Source: Narcine bancroftii
Lineage: Eukaryota
Reading direction: 5' to 3'
Length of the DNA stretch: 64,000 nucleotides
NCBI RefSeq assembly: GCF_036971445.1
Contig: NC_091480.1
Coordinates: 71,548,001-71,612,000 of the forward strand
Below, in pieces: positions 1 through 12,837 of the stretch; position 1 is the stretch's first letter, and each line of letters opens with the position of its first letter. Below the pieces are notes generated by a model. It saw only the letters and a list, made by a program, of their open reading frames with translations. It was not told the DNA's origin and did not search any database. Position numbers and translations under genes: made by a program.

Positions 1-949
1 GACGACCCCCCAAAAAATCTGGCACTTACCTCTGACCAGTAGATGCAGTTAAAAGCAAATCATAATATTTCAATAAATTACCACATAAAGACAGCAATTT
101 TATTTAAATATTTAAAATAAACTACTGTCGGCTTCTGTAACAGGCCTTTTAAAGCCTGTACAGTGACTATGTCAATCAGACTGAGCAGATGGTCCACGCA
201 AAAGAACGCTGTGACTTTGCAAATAATTACCAGGGCACATGCAAAATTGCGGAGCTGGCAGAAAGATGGCAGCAGTGTTGACACTTCACCCGGCAAGGTA
301 TGGATTTTAGACCCATCGTACAGGACGACCCACTTTAAGGTGAAATTTTTAAGTTTTGGATCGTCCGATACAACAGCATATACAGTATTTGCATCTTGCA
401 TCCAGAAGATATTGAAAACAGGCAGCAAAATCAGTAGCAAAGCCACCATCAACTGCCACCTCCCTTTCTGCTCTTGCAACAGTGGCTTGATTTATTTGCA
501 AAGAGAAAATCTATTTATTTTTAAAGCTTCTTCCCTTTACAGGACCCAGGCTATTCCTGGTAAAGCCAAAATCTATTGTCCATTCCCAATGCTTCCTGCA
601 AGAAGATGGTAACAACGAACTGGCTTTCTCAGCTATATGAGGAAATTTATTCCACCTAAATCACAAGGGGAAATTCATGTCGCCATCTTACATTTCATAG
701 GTCACACTGGCCAAACCCATGTTCAACCAGATGATTTTTGTAGTCATCAAGTTGATGAAAATTCCATTTAATTCAATTTAAACTCCAGAGCCAACACTGT
801 GAGATTGAACTTTAGCCTCTGGCTTGCTCAGGATCACTAGTTGGGTAAGCGGACCTCGATGTCACCACAGCAACTCAAGACCCAGCATGCTCTGCTTCTC
901 CCCATGCATTATGGGCCAAGAAGCAGGTGGATAAATTTTAAAATTTATG

Positions 950-1195
950 TTTAAATTTAGGCATACAGCATGTGAACCGGCCATTTCAGCCCATGAGTCC
1001 GTGCTGCCAAATTTACACCCCATTAACCTACATTTTGAATGGTGGGAGGAAACCAGAGCCCCCCCAGAGAAAACCCACACACACATGGGGACAACCTACA
1101 GACTCTTTACAGACAGCGCCGGATTCGAACCCCGGTCCCGATCACTGGCACTGTAAAGGCGTTGCGCTAACCACTACACCAACCATGCTGCCCTA
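950..1195 (-). mobile_element. tRNA-derived HE1/V-SINE-like element. Related copies at ~3300-3540(-), 4490-4725(+), 7080-7300(+), 11315-11515(-), 13590-13715(+), 36115-36300(+), 39120-39345(+), 40795-41015(+), 55960-56105(-).
   Basis: Pol III A/B-box head (gtagtggttagc..., ggttcgaatcc) and a shared core tgtctgtaaggagtttgtacgttctccccgtg...ggtttcctccc in all copies. Confidence 0.8.
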
Positions 1196-1215
1196 AGCTT
1201 ATCTCCATTTCCTAC

Positions 1216-1316
1216 CTGCACACGTCCAAAGCTTTACGAACGTCACCCGACACAGAGGAAATCTTTCGAGCACAGAACTGAATGGCAGCAGCATCCAAGA
1301 CACTCTCCCCAGGCAC
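1216..1316 (-). CDS. CDC6: CDC6 coding exon (equivalent to human exon 8; VPGESVLDAAAIQFCARKISSVSGDVRKALDVCR, sensor-2 region). The gene continues beyond the left edge of the window.
   Basis: Manual translation matches the CDC6 FCARK..GDVRKALDVCR motif. tttag acceptor, gtagga donor, 101 bp, phase consistent with the previous exon. Confidence 0.95.
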
Positions 1317-2581
1317 CTAAATTTAAAAAAAAAGCTGAAAACCTCACACACAATTAACCAGGAGGGTGCAGTGAAAAGGTGCTGGACAGGCTTGCCAAGA
1401 TCAACTGACTGGTTCCGACATCCCCTCCAAGGAGTTAAAAATATAAAAAATGGAGATCAAATAAGAAGTGATCTATTCTAGTAATTGCTGCACCCACTCC
1501 ACACATCTGTCAGGTTACAGTACAATTCTTCCATTGCACGTTCCTCTTCCCTAGTCACACTACCACAGGAGATGAGTCAGGAATGCATCAGTAATGTTAT
1601 GGTAATGACATTTTGGATCCAAATCAGAGCAGTGATAGTAAATCATGGAATAATTCACAGTAAGCACCTTACCTTCATTAAGGGCCCAGGCCCAAAACAT
1701 TGGTTCTGCATCTTTATCTATGCTATATAAAGTACACTGTTTGACCTGCTGAGATTCTCCAGCTTTGTTTTTACTTCAAGAAGTCACGTGTACATGATTG
1801 CCAGCCACTCATAGATGGAACCACTATGTAAATTCTGCGCTCTTTACAATTAGGGAAACTTACTCCGAAGTTGAAGAGCTAGGATGGCACGTTGCATCAG
1901 TACTTGAAGTAACAAAACAAAAATCATCTCCTTAAAAATACCACTTCTCGCACAAGATCTGGAGAGCAAGGATTAGTGTCCTTGACATCCACTGTCAACC
2001 CCAGAACTCCCATCTTCGCTTCAGCCAGTTGCTCCACGTGGCAACGTGTTCCAGCAGTTCCTATAGCAGAGGATTTTAATAAAAAAAACTACTACTCCTC
2101 AAAACTCACAAGGGGAGAGGGACGTTATTTGTTCAAAATCCCAACATAAACAGCCCAGACAACAGCCTCCAAAACTGTCGTCCATTTGGGATGGGTACTA
2201 AAGCTGGGTAAGGTCACTTTGTTACATCACTGATTTACCACAGCTGAAACAAATAAAGAATACATTCACTCATTTCTTTCAGCCGCCATGAAGTCCACTT
2301 TCTTTTCATTATTTCCTAGACACAACGTTGCATTCTTCAACTCCCCAAACACCACTCAGCTAAACTTCTCCGATCTTCTCATTGGCTCACTGCCACACGG
2401 GTGATCCTGACACTCCCACTCTTCTCCTGCCACTGAGATCCATGACCCGTGCATACGCGCTATTACCCTCGCATGGCACCGCTTCCGACGAAGGTAAGTA
2501 CGTGACAGCAACAACTTTACATACAACTGCCCCATCTTGCATTATATTTGTATTCTCTGCCACATTCCACAAGCTTTCTAC

Positions 2582-2721
2582 CTGGGTCAGCCGGTCTTGT
2601 ACGATGGCCATAATTTGGTCTTTTGTGTATGGAGTAAAATTCAGGAGCTGAGGTTTGCACGTGGGACGAGCTTGCAGTCGAGGCAGGATTCGATCGGTTA
2701 GATCCAGGGCATTGGCAATTC
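2582..2721 (-). CDS. CDC6: CDC6 coding exon (exon 7; GIANALDLTDRILPRLQARPTCKPQLLNFTPYTKDQIMAIVQDRLTQ)
   Basis: Sensor-1/arginine-finger region of CDC6. cctcag acceptor, gtagaa donor, 140 bp, in phase. Confidence 0.96.
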
Positions 2722-2784
2722 CTGAGGAAAGTAAGAATTAGAGTTGAAGATCCTGATTCTGTCACGTGTTCCAACATTTAAACT

Positions 2785-3260
2785 CGAAAGTCTGCTCTGA
2801 TTGTAGTCAAAACACAGAAATGCTGGAGGTACTCAGCCGGTCTCAGCATCCAAAGGAGGTTAAGATATATTACCAACATTTTAGGCCTGAGACCCAAAAC
2901 GACTGAAAAAAACACAGGCATCTGAATTAAAGGCTGGGGAAAGAAAGGGAGAAGGGAAGAGAAGAATGAGAGAGAGGATTACAGACCAACAGACAAAGGT
3001 GTTAATTAGATAATTTGAGGAAAGGCAAGAATTAATTTTGGCTCTGTGAAAGGATACAGAGGGAAAATGGAAGAGAGTCAGAGGTAGAGGAAAGGAACAG
3101 GGGAAAGAAGTTGGGGGGGGGGGTAGGGTTCCTCACGAAACTGGAGAAGTCGATGCTAATACCATCCTGTTGGAGGGTGCCCAGATGGAAGATGAGGTGT
3201 TGTTCCTCCAATTTGTCAGTGGTCACAGTCAGACAGCGCACGAGTCCATGGAAGGGAAGT
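2785..3260 (-). mobile_element. Penelope-like element fragment (GIY-YIG end LEEQHLIFHLGTLQQDGISIDFSSF plus terminal repeat). Terminal-repeat relics also at ~12300-12390, 14070-14130, 37355-37490, 42175-42390, 46030-46130.
   Basis: ORF 3032..3241 motif and the recurring aaatgctggaggaactcagc terminal sequence. Confidence 0.65.
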
Positions 3261-4260
3261 CAGCAAGAGAATAGGGCAGAGAATTGAAATGGGTGGCCAC
3301 TGGCCCTTCCAGCTCACAAGCCCGTGCCAACCAGAATGCTCAATTAACCTACAACTCGTACTTTTTGGAGGGTGGGAGGAAACCAGAGCATCCGAAGAAA
3401 GCACACAAATGGGGAGAACGTACAAACTCAATAAGTGTCTTTGCATCCATAGTTAACCCCAGAACTGACCTTCCAAACAGTGCAGGATTCAAACCCTCAG
3501 CATTGGCACTGTAACACTGTTGCACTAACTGTGCCACCCCCTAGAAAACTATCAAAGAGGACTGTGAGAACAGGAACGTGGAAATGACATTGAGAATTAG
3601 CCAATTGTATTGAATGGTGGAGTAGGTTCAAGGGGCTAAATTACCTAGTTCACCTCAGCTAACAAATAGCAGCTGACACAAGTGGTCATAAGATAGAAGT
3701 CATCCTAAATCAATGGAATTGAGGACAATCATGGGGTGGGTAGAATCTCACTGAAACATCTTGAACATTCGTGTGGACAGAGTAGATGAAGAAAGGTTGT
3801 TTCCCATAGTGGGAGAGTCTAGGTCAAGAGGGCACAACTTCAGGATTAAAGGTTGTCTGCTTGGAACAGAGATGCGGAGGGATTTCTTCAGCTAGGGGGT
3901 GGTAATTTGTTGCCACAGGCAGTGTGGAGGCCAAATTATTGGATCTATTTCTGGCAGAGATTGATAGGTTCTTGCTTAGCCAGGGTATCAAAAGGTTATG
4001 GGTGCAGGTCGAGCAGTGGGATGAGTGGAGAAATGGATCAGCTCATGGTTAAATGGTGAGGCAGACTCAATGGGCTGAATAGCCCATTTCCGCTCCTTTG
4101 TCTCATGGTCTCATTTCCCATCTGCCTAATGTAGTTTTATTTAAAAGCAGAATTAAATGTTTTCACGACCGAATACTGCTACTGATTAATCTTGCTGTCA
4201 CCAGTATTTTTTTTTTACTGATCCAGAGTCAACATCAGGATATTCGACAATAAATCTTAC

Positions 4261-4367
4261 CGATTAGAACCAGCCGTGAGTTGGTTAATTGCGGCCACTC
4301 AAATATTGTGTAGAGGATATCCTGAGCCTTGCTATCCAGCTGGTCCATTTCATCCAAAACTAAAAGA
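4261..4367 (-). CDS. CDC6: CDC6 coding exon (exon 6; Walker [35 protein letters not shown])
   Basis: Walker B DEMDQL motif. ttgcag acceptor, gtaaga donor, 107 bp, in phase. Confidence 0.96.
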
Positions 4368-6132
4368 CTGCAAACAAAATGGAAAGTCAGACTGAATCCT
4401 GATAAAACCCATCTGCCTTGAACAATCCTCTAATGTTAATGCTAGCAATAAGCCAACTCTACTTCTTTCTTGCTTGGCCTTCTTGCATCAGGCTGCATAA
4501 TTAGCGTAGCTGTTAGTGCAACACTGTTACAGCATCTGCGAATGGGACCAAATCCGATGCTGGCTGTAAGGAATTTGTATGTTCTCCCAGTGTCTGTGGG
4601 GGCTTTCCCCAGGGGCTCTGGTTTCATCCCACTGTTAAAAACGTTTTAGGAGGTTGTAGGTCAATTGGGTGGCACAGGCTCATGGGCTGAAAGGGACCCG
4701 TTACTATACTCTGTCTAAATATAAAGTATGCATCTACCATTTAAAGTTTCAATGCTGCTCTCTATTTTTCCTTATGGTAGCCGTTTCCACAAGTGAGACG
4801 TTTGGAGGGAGTATACGCACATTCAACTCTTCCTATCAAAGGATGTAGGCTTTTCAACTAATAGTTAATAACGACATCTATGTTTCACTCAGGCAAAATT
4901 TCACTGCTGACAAAGTGCTTTTTCTCCTTTTCTACCCACCTTTATACCACAATGAAACCCCTTTGATGTACAAGATCATTTCACAAGCCATTGATTTTAA
5001 TCTCAATAAAGGGCCAGTGTAACAGAGTTAAAAATACATTTTATTAATTCTTATTCCCAACTCATTTGCAAATTTTATTTATCATTTAATAAGATAAAAT
5101 TCACAAATACAAAATCAATGAGTTGTTTTGTTATTTTATTAATGTTGCCCGTGTAAGTGACCTTTGCTGTGCAATACCTCCTTAGCTTCTGTGGCCCCTC
5201 CCCGCCTGCTCCTCACAATTCCGCTCCGCACTGCTGAGGGCAAGTTGTGGGAAAAATGCCACTGTGTCATTTTTATGAGTTCCTTTAGAAAATGAACCAT
5301 GTTGTCAGTCTTAATGCATATTATTACAGCTGGCTTTGTATTGCTTTAACTATTTATGCAAGTTTTGCAAATGTTTCCAGTTCACTTTTTTTGGTGCCAC
5401 TGTATTTTGGCATGTCATGTGACCAGAGATTTCTTAGTGTAAATTCTGTTATTTTTCATGGTTCGGAGCAGAGGTGCAGGAAGAAAGACCAGAATGCAAT
5501 TGATGTGTTATATTGACTTCTGGAGGTATGCATTTTCCTGTTATAATTTTCATTGCCAGTTTAGTCACTTAAGCCCTGTGCAGCTTTTTTAAAAAGCTTG
5601 CCCACCAGGTGTCACTGTTTTCATTTTTGTATATAGTTTTTCATGGTTTGAGAAGACTTGTAACTTATTTGAAGTGTTTTCTTATCACTCTTAATAGCTC
5701 TCGGCTAATACTATGTACGCTGAGTTGACTACATACTGAAATGTTAAAATAAAGTATGTATTTTGAGAAAAAAAAATGAAAACAGACCATGCTGCTCCGC
5801 ACTGCTGAGGGGAGCAAATACATCTGGAAAACAATTTCTTGGGTCGTCCCTTTTTCTATGCGCTATCCAAGCCTGTTACAACAAGCTCAAAAAAATGTTT
5901 TTTTTTAAAAAAAAAACTGTTCTCCCTTTTCAGGGAACTTCAACCAGTTAAAATGTTTTTGTTTCTCTAGCTCAAACGTTTGATTGTCCTTGTGATCGGA
6001 AACCTGATGCCAACCTCGTTGTTGTAAGAAACCTCTTTACAATCAAAATCCTTCAAAAGGAAGAGTTGCCCCATTCTCGATTTGCCCCATGGAAAAAATA
6101 ATTATTTGCCCAACTCAAGAGTTATTACTCAC

Positions 6133-6305
6133 ACCATCGGACCCTTGCATGTTAAATTTCTTGCCAGCCTCTTTGCAAAATCTGTTCGTGCACATTTGAG
6201 CTTTCCTTTCCCAAATACTTTGTCTGCGATGGCAGAAAAAACGGTCTGCGAGTTCCTCAGTGACATGCAGTTAATGAGAATTGGCGAAGAGGCACCAAGT
6301 TCCTC
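6133..6305 (-). CDS. CDC6: CDC6 coding exon (exon 5; EELGASSPILINCMSLRNSQTVFSAIADKVFGKGKLKCARTDFAKRLARNLTCKGPMV)
   Basis: NCMSL and KGPM motifs of CDC6. Poly-T cag acceptor, gtgagt donor, 173 bp, in phase. Confidence 0.94.
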
Positions 6306-8232
6306 CTGAAAAAAAAGTTAAAAATCAGGTCGCATACAAATCACATGAGATTCTTTTGGCATTTCTTCCATCAGGATTCCTCCATAGTTTTAATGAGTCA
6401 AAAATGCCAGTAAACTATTTGATCCAGGAAGAGAAAAATTATAAATATACTTCATGATAGGTCAATGGCCTCCACTATTAACACTCCCTGCAGATCTCAT
6501 CAGACCCAGCATCATTTCCAGCTTTTGCCATTTGTAGTATTGCCTAATTTTCTCAAATAGAATTAGTAATGATAATGAGTTTATCAGCTCAGAACTCAAT
6601 ATTGCACTAGAGTCATTGAGCAGAGGTACAAGGAAGGTGAAGATAGACACGTGTAGAGGAAAATTACAATAATCTACCAAAGGTGGAGGCAGCTTATGTC
6701 AAGCAGAAATACCACCAAGGTGCTAAAGTGGGGAATGAATTGTTCCTGTGCTACATACCCTTGGGAGATTGAAATGCACAACAGGATACAGTGCATTGCA
6801 TCTAGACAATGAGCAAACACATTGTGCCATGCACAGTTCTGGTTGCCACACTGAAGAAGTGATGCTTCCAGGGCAGAGTCGTTCAGTTTTAGAGAGATTG
6901 GAGTTGTTTTCCTCTCAGTGGAAGAGGCTGCGTAGGATGGTAGGGGAAAGAGGGTGGGTTATCTCAGTGTATATAAAATTACAAGGCAGAAAGTAGGATT
7001 TCCTCCCCAAGAGCAGAGGTGTCCAAAACTAGAAGGCAATGCACCATCTGAGAAGATACTCAGAGAATTGACACAATATAGCTTGGTTAGCATAAGTTAG
7101 CACATTGCCGTTACAACGCCAGCAACCCGGTTAGAATCCCATGTCGCCTGTAAGGAGCATGTACCTTGTCCCTGTGTCTGTCTGGGTTCCCTCCAGGTGG
7201 TCAGGTTTCCCCTCTGTTCAAAATACAACATACTGGGGAGCTGTATGTTAATTGGGCGGCATGGGCCGAAATGGCCCGTTACCATGTTGTCTGTATGTTT
7301 AACATGAAATTATCAGAACATAGAAAGCTACATACCCAAAGGAAGTTAGGATAGAGGAGTACTTGGACAGCATGGACATGGGCCAAAGGCAATGTTTTGG
7401 CAATCTCTTCTATATTGCTTCGTCCTTTGTGCCATTCCAACAAATGCCCGTGTTCACGAGCAGGGAGCCTAAAATTGAACGCTGGATGAATCTTATCCTC
7501 TCAAATATGAGAGGACACAATGTTCCCAGCTCAATTAGGAAAAAAAACTTTTTTTTCTAAAAATGGACTCCACTTCCAAACTGGTGGTCTTCTCCCAGAA
7601 GATAGCTGTATGTAATATATATATCAAGCAGCCTCCATGCACAACCCATTCTATAGTGGACCTTTAAATCTATAGCCACACAGGAATGGAGGGTTCATGC
7701 GAGTAAAGGTGCAAACTGCACATTCAAAGCCCATGAGAACTCTCGTACCAGATTTTAAAAAAACAATTTAAATCTTGAGCATCTGAAAATTAGGAAGCCT
7801 TCTTGGTGAAAATGCCTCCTGCAGAAGACAATTAGCAGAGTCCAATTTCAATAGTTTGATGAGAATATAGATCCAAATCCTTTGTGCACATATCAGTTTC
7901 CATAGAATACAGGTCAGCAACCTGCAAATGCAGCAGTAAACAGCATACTTCATTTGGGAAGTAACTGTCCCCTTGCATCTTGCTGCTTCAAGTAACTAGG
8001 ATAAGACAGGCGAGCAGACCTTGCCTCTGTAACATCACTTGCAATACTTTGTGGACACAATCTAATAAAAAGTCATAGCAAAATTTAACTACTTCCCATC
8101 TCACAGGATACCCAAGATGTTGACTCAGGCAGGAAAGCTTGGCACAATTTGAGAATCACATGCCTTTTGAGTTCCTACAGGTGAGGCATCATGGAAACCA
8201 AAACCAGTCACTTTCAGGTTACAGACCATTAC

Positions 8233-8432
8233 CTGCAAATCTGCAAGAATTCTGTTCAGACAAGCCGTCTTTCCTGTTCCAGGTGCTCCAGAAATATACA
8301 GACTGCCTGGCTTCTCCTCACAGACGTGACTCAGCAGGAAGTGGGTAATGGCTTTCGTCTCATCTTCACGTGCCAGAATGCGTTCTGGAAGGGCAGTGTT
8401 TAATACCTGCTTGGTCTGTTGGTAACACGAAT
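8233..8432 (-). CDS. CDC6: CDC6 coding exon (exon 4; Walker A SLYISGAPGTGKT)
   Basis: Lies within ORF 8125..8583: DSCYQQTKQVLNTALPERILARE...GAPGTGKTACL. tttcag acceptor, gtaatg donor, 200 bp. Confidence 0.97.
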
Positions 8433-9019
8433 CTGAAATAATATATTTTTTTAAATAAGTGATTAATCCCTGAAGTCCACAGCTCTCTGATGAATGGTGT
8501 GCACTGGTCCAGTTCCAAGATGGCCCAACATGATTTGCATTCCAAGGCAGCTCACAAAACCAACAAATTGCAAAAGTGATCATTCAAAGCTTCACATCCG
8601 GATCAAAAATCTATTGAACAGTAATTTGCCAAGAGTGTGCATGACATTTTTTGTCCCACTCTGTCAATGGGTATATTGTATTGACTGCTAATTTAAAGCA
8701 TGGGATAACACTGAGAGGAAGGTGGGAATCATTGATAAGAGCAAATATGCAACAAATCCACATGCCCACGGCATCTTAAAAAACTTACATCAGGAAGAGT
8801 CTCAGGCAACTGCTATCAATGTTGACTCTGTGTGAGCACCATTGCCTGATGGTTGGGAATTTCAGATTCATCCTGAACCAAAAAGATATGACACTCCAGT
8901 GCCATCCTGGAATAACACTGAACCATCAGAAAGCTTATGAGTAGACATTTAAAAACTAACAAATTGGTGGGGGGGGGGGTGAAATAAAACAAGCAAGATC
9001 AATTTTACACTGAACACAC

Positions 9020-9295
9020 CTTTCAGTTTAAGCAGCTGCAGAACAGGTCTATTCACCAGCCAGAAGGAATTTTGTGTTGAACGAGGAGTCTCATCCCCCT
9101 TCTGGAGACAATATGGAGTATGCTCTGGTGATTGGTCACCAAGTACAAGCTTTCCTGGAGAGCATTTTAACGGACTATTACCAAATTCCAACTTTCGACC
9201 TCGAGGTGTTGAAGGAGTAACAGGCTGGTTTTCCTTCTTCTGTTTGGAGGGGGAGCATTGCAGAGATTTAGGAATGTTACACAGGTTTTCACCAC
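9020..9295 (-). CDS. CDC6: CDC6 coding exon (exon 3; N-terminal regulatory region with CDK SP sites, KEN box and Cy motif RKLEF)
   Basis: Lies within ORF 8949..9311: GENLCNIPKSLQCSPSKQKKENQP...GRKLEFGNSPLKCSPGK. tctag acceptor, gtgtgt donor, 276 bp. Confidence 0.93.
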
Positions 9296-9799
9296 CTAGA
9301 GCAAAAGACACATTGTTAGCAAATAATATTCATAAGGCATCGTACAAAACCTTAAGACAAAAATTTTTTTGAAGAGAAGGTCACTGGGATCCTACCCCTC
9401 CCAACTTATTAATGTGATCAACTGGGATCATTGTCTAAAGAGGGCTCGCAGAATTGTTAAGGATCCTTATTGCCCATCACACAGCATCTTCCATCTACCC
9501 CGCCGGGAAAGAGATACAGAAGTATCAGAGCCAGAACCGCTACATCTGGATGTGTGTTTGGATGTTTTGCACCAAGGACTGGAGAACGCTGTTTTGTCAG
9601 GTTGTACCTGTACATTCAGATGATAATGAACTTGAACCTATCACCCACAACTCCACCAAATACAGGACTTCAATCATAATCATTTTTCTCATCCATATTG
9701 TTTTTAATCATGACTCACGTCAGCTGGCAAAAGCCCAAGATGCAAGAAACACAGGTAACCAATTTCCCTTGCCAAATTGATTGGAAAAACAAATCATGC

Positions 9800-10580
9800 A
9801 GAGGATAGAGAGTCTGCAGTGAGATATCGATAGGTTAAGTGAGTGGGCAAGGGGCTGCCAGATGGAATACAATGTTGGTAAATGTGAGGTTAGCCACTTT
9901 CGAAGGACAAGTGGAAGATCAGATTATTATTTAAATGGAAAGTGATTCCAGCATGCTGCCGTGCAGAAATAATTAAGAGTGCTTGAATCGCAAAAGGTTG
10001 GTTTGCAGGTGCAGCAGGCTGTCAAGAAGGCAATTGTACAAGGGACTGGTGAGGCCGCATCTGGAGTACTGCATGTAGTTCTGGTCTCCTAACTTGAGGA
10101 AGGATGTACTGGCCTTGGAGGTGGTGCAGAGGTTCACCAGGTTTATTCCAGAGAGGAGGGGGTTAGCCTACAAGGAGAGATGGAATCATTTAGGACTGTT
10201 CTCACTAGAATTTAGAAGAATCAGCAGGGATCTTAGAAAAATGTATAAAATTCATTGATAAAGGTAGGTGAGTTGTTTTCATTGGTAGGAGAAGAGAAGA
10301 ACTAGGAGACATAGTCTCAAGATGCAGGGTAGTAGATTAGGATGGAGATGAGGAGTGAGTGGTGAATCTAGAATTCCCTGCCTATTGAAGCAGTGGAGGC
10401 TACCTCAGGGAATATTTCAGACAAGGATGGATATATTTTTACATAATATGGGAATTAAGGGATATGGGGAAAAGGCAGGTCGGTGGAGATGAGCCCATCA
10501 TCAGATCAGCCAAGATCTCGTTGAATGGTGGAGCTGGCTCGACAGGCCGGATGGCCGACTCCTGCTCCTATTTCTTATAT
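9800..10580 (+). mobile_element. CR1/L2-clade LINE 3' fragment in CDC6 intron 2. Another 3' fragment at ~3740-4110.
   Basis: Degenerate RT C-terminus (LVRPHLEYC..FWSP, VQRFTR) and typical 3' UTR. Confidence 0.75.
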
Positions 10581-12456
10581 TCAAGAAATCTGGAAACCCA
10601 GATTTTGTGTGCTGAAGGACACAAAAAAGCCAGTTGTGTTTTTATATAAACAGGCATCTGCATGGTCACTGATTCCAGCTCGTTACAACATTCACTTTGC
10701 TGGTTCTACTTGGAGATTACATGCAAATAGAAATATTCGTCATCACATGGAATGCAAGAAATTGGCCCGCCGAGCTTGCTTCCCCATTTAATAAGATCAT
10801 GATTGATCTGGTTGTGGGCTGAGCTGCACTTACATGCCTGTCCCTTAATTTCCCCCACGCCTCAAAATTTTATCTGTGTCTTAAACACATTCAATGAGGT
10901 AGCCCTCTCTCAGAAAACATTCCTACCTTAGTCTTAAATCTAACCCCCCCCGCCCCCCCCCCAATAAATTGTGAGGCTACGTCTCCTAGTTCTACTCTCA
11001 CAATCCACTATGACTCAAGGATTGAGATGTCATCTGGTCTCTTCTTGAAGTTGCCCTTTGCATGAATGACAGCGAAGAGCACTGGGGTAAACACTTTTTA
11101 AATTGTCAGGAATCAGATTGGCTATAGGAATTAGTGCTTCTCAAGCATTACAGAAAAGGAAATGCATCAAGTTTGAAAGCAAGAAAGTAGTTAACTGCTG
11201 CAGAAATAAAAACAATAGACCAAAAGACCTCTTCTTTCAAAATAACTGATTTAAAATAAAAATATAAAAACCAGTTGTAGAAATTTGGGGCACAGGTGTA
11301 AATTTAAAACAAAAAACTTTCAGCATACAGCATGGTAACAGCCCCTTTCGCGCACTAGTCCGTGATGCCCAACTCACCTGCAACCCCGGTACGTTTTTGG
11401 AGGGTGGAAGGAAACAGGGGCACCTGAGGGAAACCCACGCAGATACTGGGAAAACAAACTCCTTACAGACAGCGCTGGATTTGAAAGCTGATCCTGTAAC
11501 AGCGTTGCAATAACTGTACCATCCTTAAATAGAATTCCAATGACTTTGCCCTTATTGTACAATTGGATTTAGGCACTTGTGTTCCCTCTCCAGGTCAGGT
11601 GCTCATCTCGGCAAGACGCACGAGCAGGCCAACAAGAGGACCTCACCTGATTCACAAGCTCCCTCTCTTGCACCAGGTGATTTAAAAGCACATGGTCACA
11701 ACTAGAATGCAAGGAACTTTAACAAACACTGAAACATTAAAAAGATTCCAACCCTATATGCCAATAGAACCTAATTTAGCAGGCCGCAGAATTTATAATA
11801 GGCCGAGCAGTCCAATCAATTCAAAACTTTCTACAACTGTAAACTTGTAGAAAATTAAAAAAACATAATATCCACTTTTCTCTTTCCCTGTTCAAGCTAA
11901 AAGTAAACTCCTTTCACAAATGCTGTCTCCTGACCTGCTGAGTGATTCCAGGATGATTTTTGTTCCAACTGGTCTATTCACTTTATCTTGAATTTATGGG
12001 CTTCTTGGAGGCAGTGTTCAAGTCCTCAGAGGGTCACTGTAAATTACTCTAATGACGGGAACACTGGAGATCAGACTTTTAACAAAAATTAAAGCATTTG
12101 GAGAAATTTCACAACTCTCTCATGACCTGAAGACGACCTTCATCTCTCAGAGGGCACTTTGCCACAGCACTGCATACTGTCAGGCTAATTTTCTTTGGCT
12201 GAAATTAAACTCTACTCAAACATGGGGGAAAGATTCTGGAAAAAAAACCCTTCAGTGCACAGAATAATACTAAAACACAATAATACTCTCAAGTCGATGA
12301 AGCTTTTACTGCATAAAGGACACTGTTGAGTTTCTCCAGCATTTTGGGCTGTTACAACCACGGGGGTCTGCAGACTTTTACTTTCGAATACTTTAAGTTA
12401 TTTAGTTAACAGAGGCACTTCCACCGCCAAAACATTTTGCACAGGTCCAAAATTAC

Positions 12457-12598
12457 CGAGGCGCTTGCGGGGGCTGAGAGGCAGCTCCTTGGGGAGCGGC
12501 GCCTTCTTGCCGGCGGCCGGAGACGCCTTGCAGCTGCGGTGCCACTTCTTTCTGGGGAAGCTGATGGTGGTTTGGGTGCGGGCTTTGGCTTGAGACAT
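12457..12598 (-). CDS. CDC6: CDC6 first coding exon (exon 2; MSQAKARTQTTISFPRKK...LPLSPRKRL). The exon's acceptor boundary is at 12624.
   Basis: Matches the vertebrate CDC6 N-terminus (TISFP.RK, LSPRKRL CDK site/D-box). tcacag acceptor upstream, gtaatt donor. Confidence 0.93.
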
Positions 12599-12837
12599 GC
12601 TGGCGGCCGCTGCTCGCTGGCAACCTGTGAAAGAACCCAGAGAAGACCCTGAACACGCAGCCTCCTTGGATCCGATCAACACACAATGGAGCCGAGATCG
12701 GCCCTTTTCCCGGGTAAATCAGGCACCGCTCTGGGACGGGACTCGGGCCGGTCGCTCTTGGCCGCACTGGTTTCCGTCGGATCTCGGCCTGACCCCGCTG
12801 TCAGATACAGGGAGCGGCGGCGGCGGCTCTCACCGCC

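Noticed and set aside
23-100. Minus-strand ag|gtaagt donor at ~30 as CDC6 exon 9
   Set aside because: The upstream sequence does not encode the expected RA.EIVE.DV peptide, so exon 9 must lie outside the window.
1110-1195. tRNA gene (A/B boxes)
   Set aside because: It is the head of a multi-copy SINE, followed by the SINE core, with no convincing cloverleaf.
5223-5811. Exact 18-bp direct repeat gctccgcactgctgaggg (5223-5240 and 5794-5811)
   Set aside because: Probably internal to an unclassified repeat. I could not define termini, a TSD or coding capacity.
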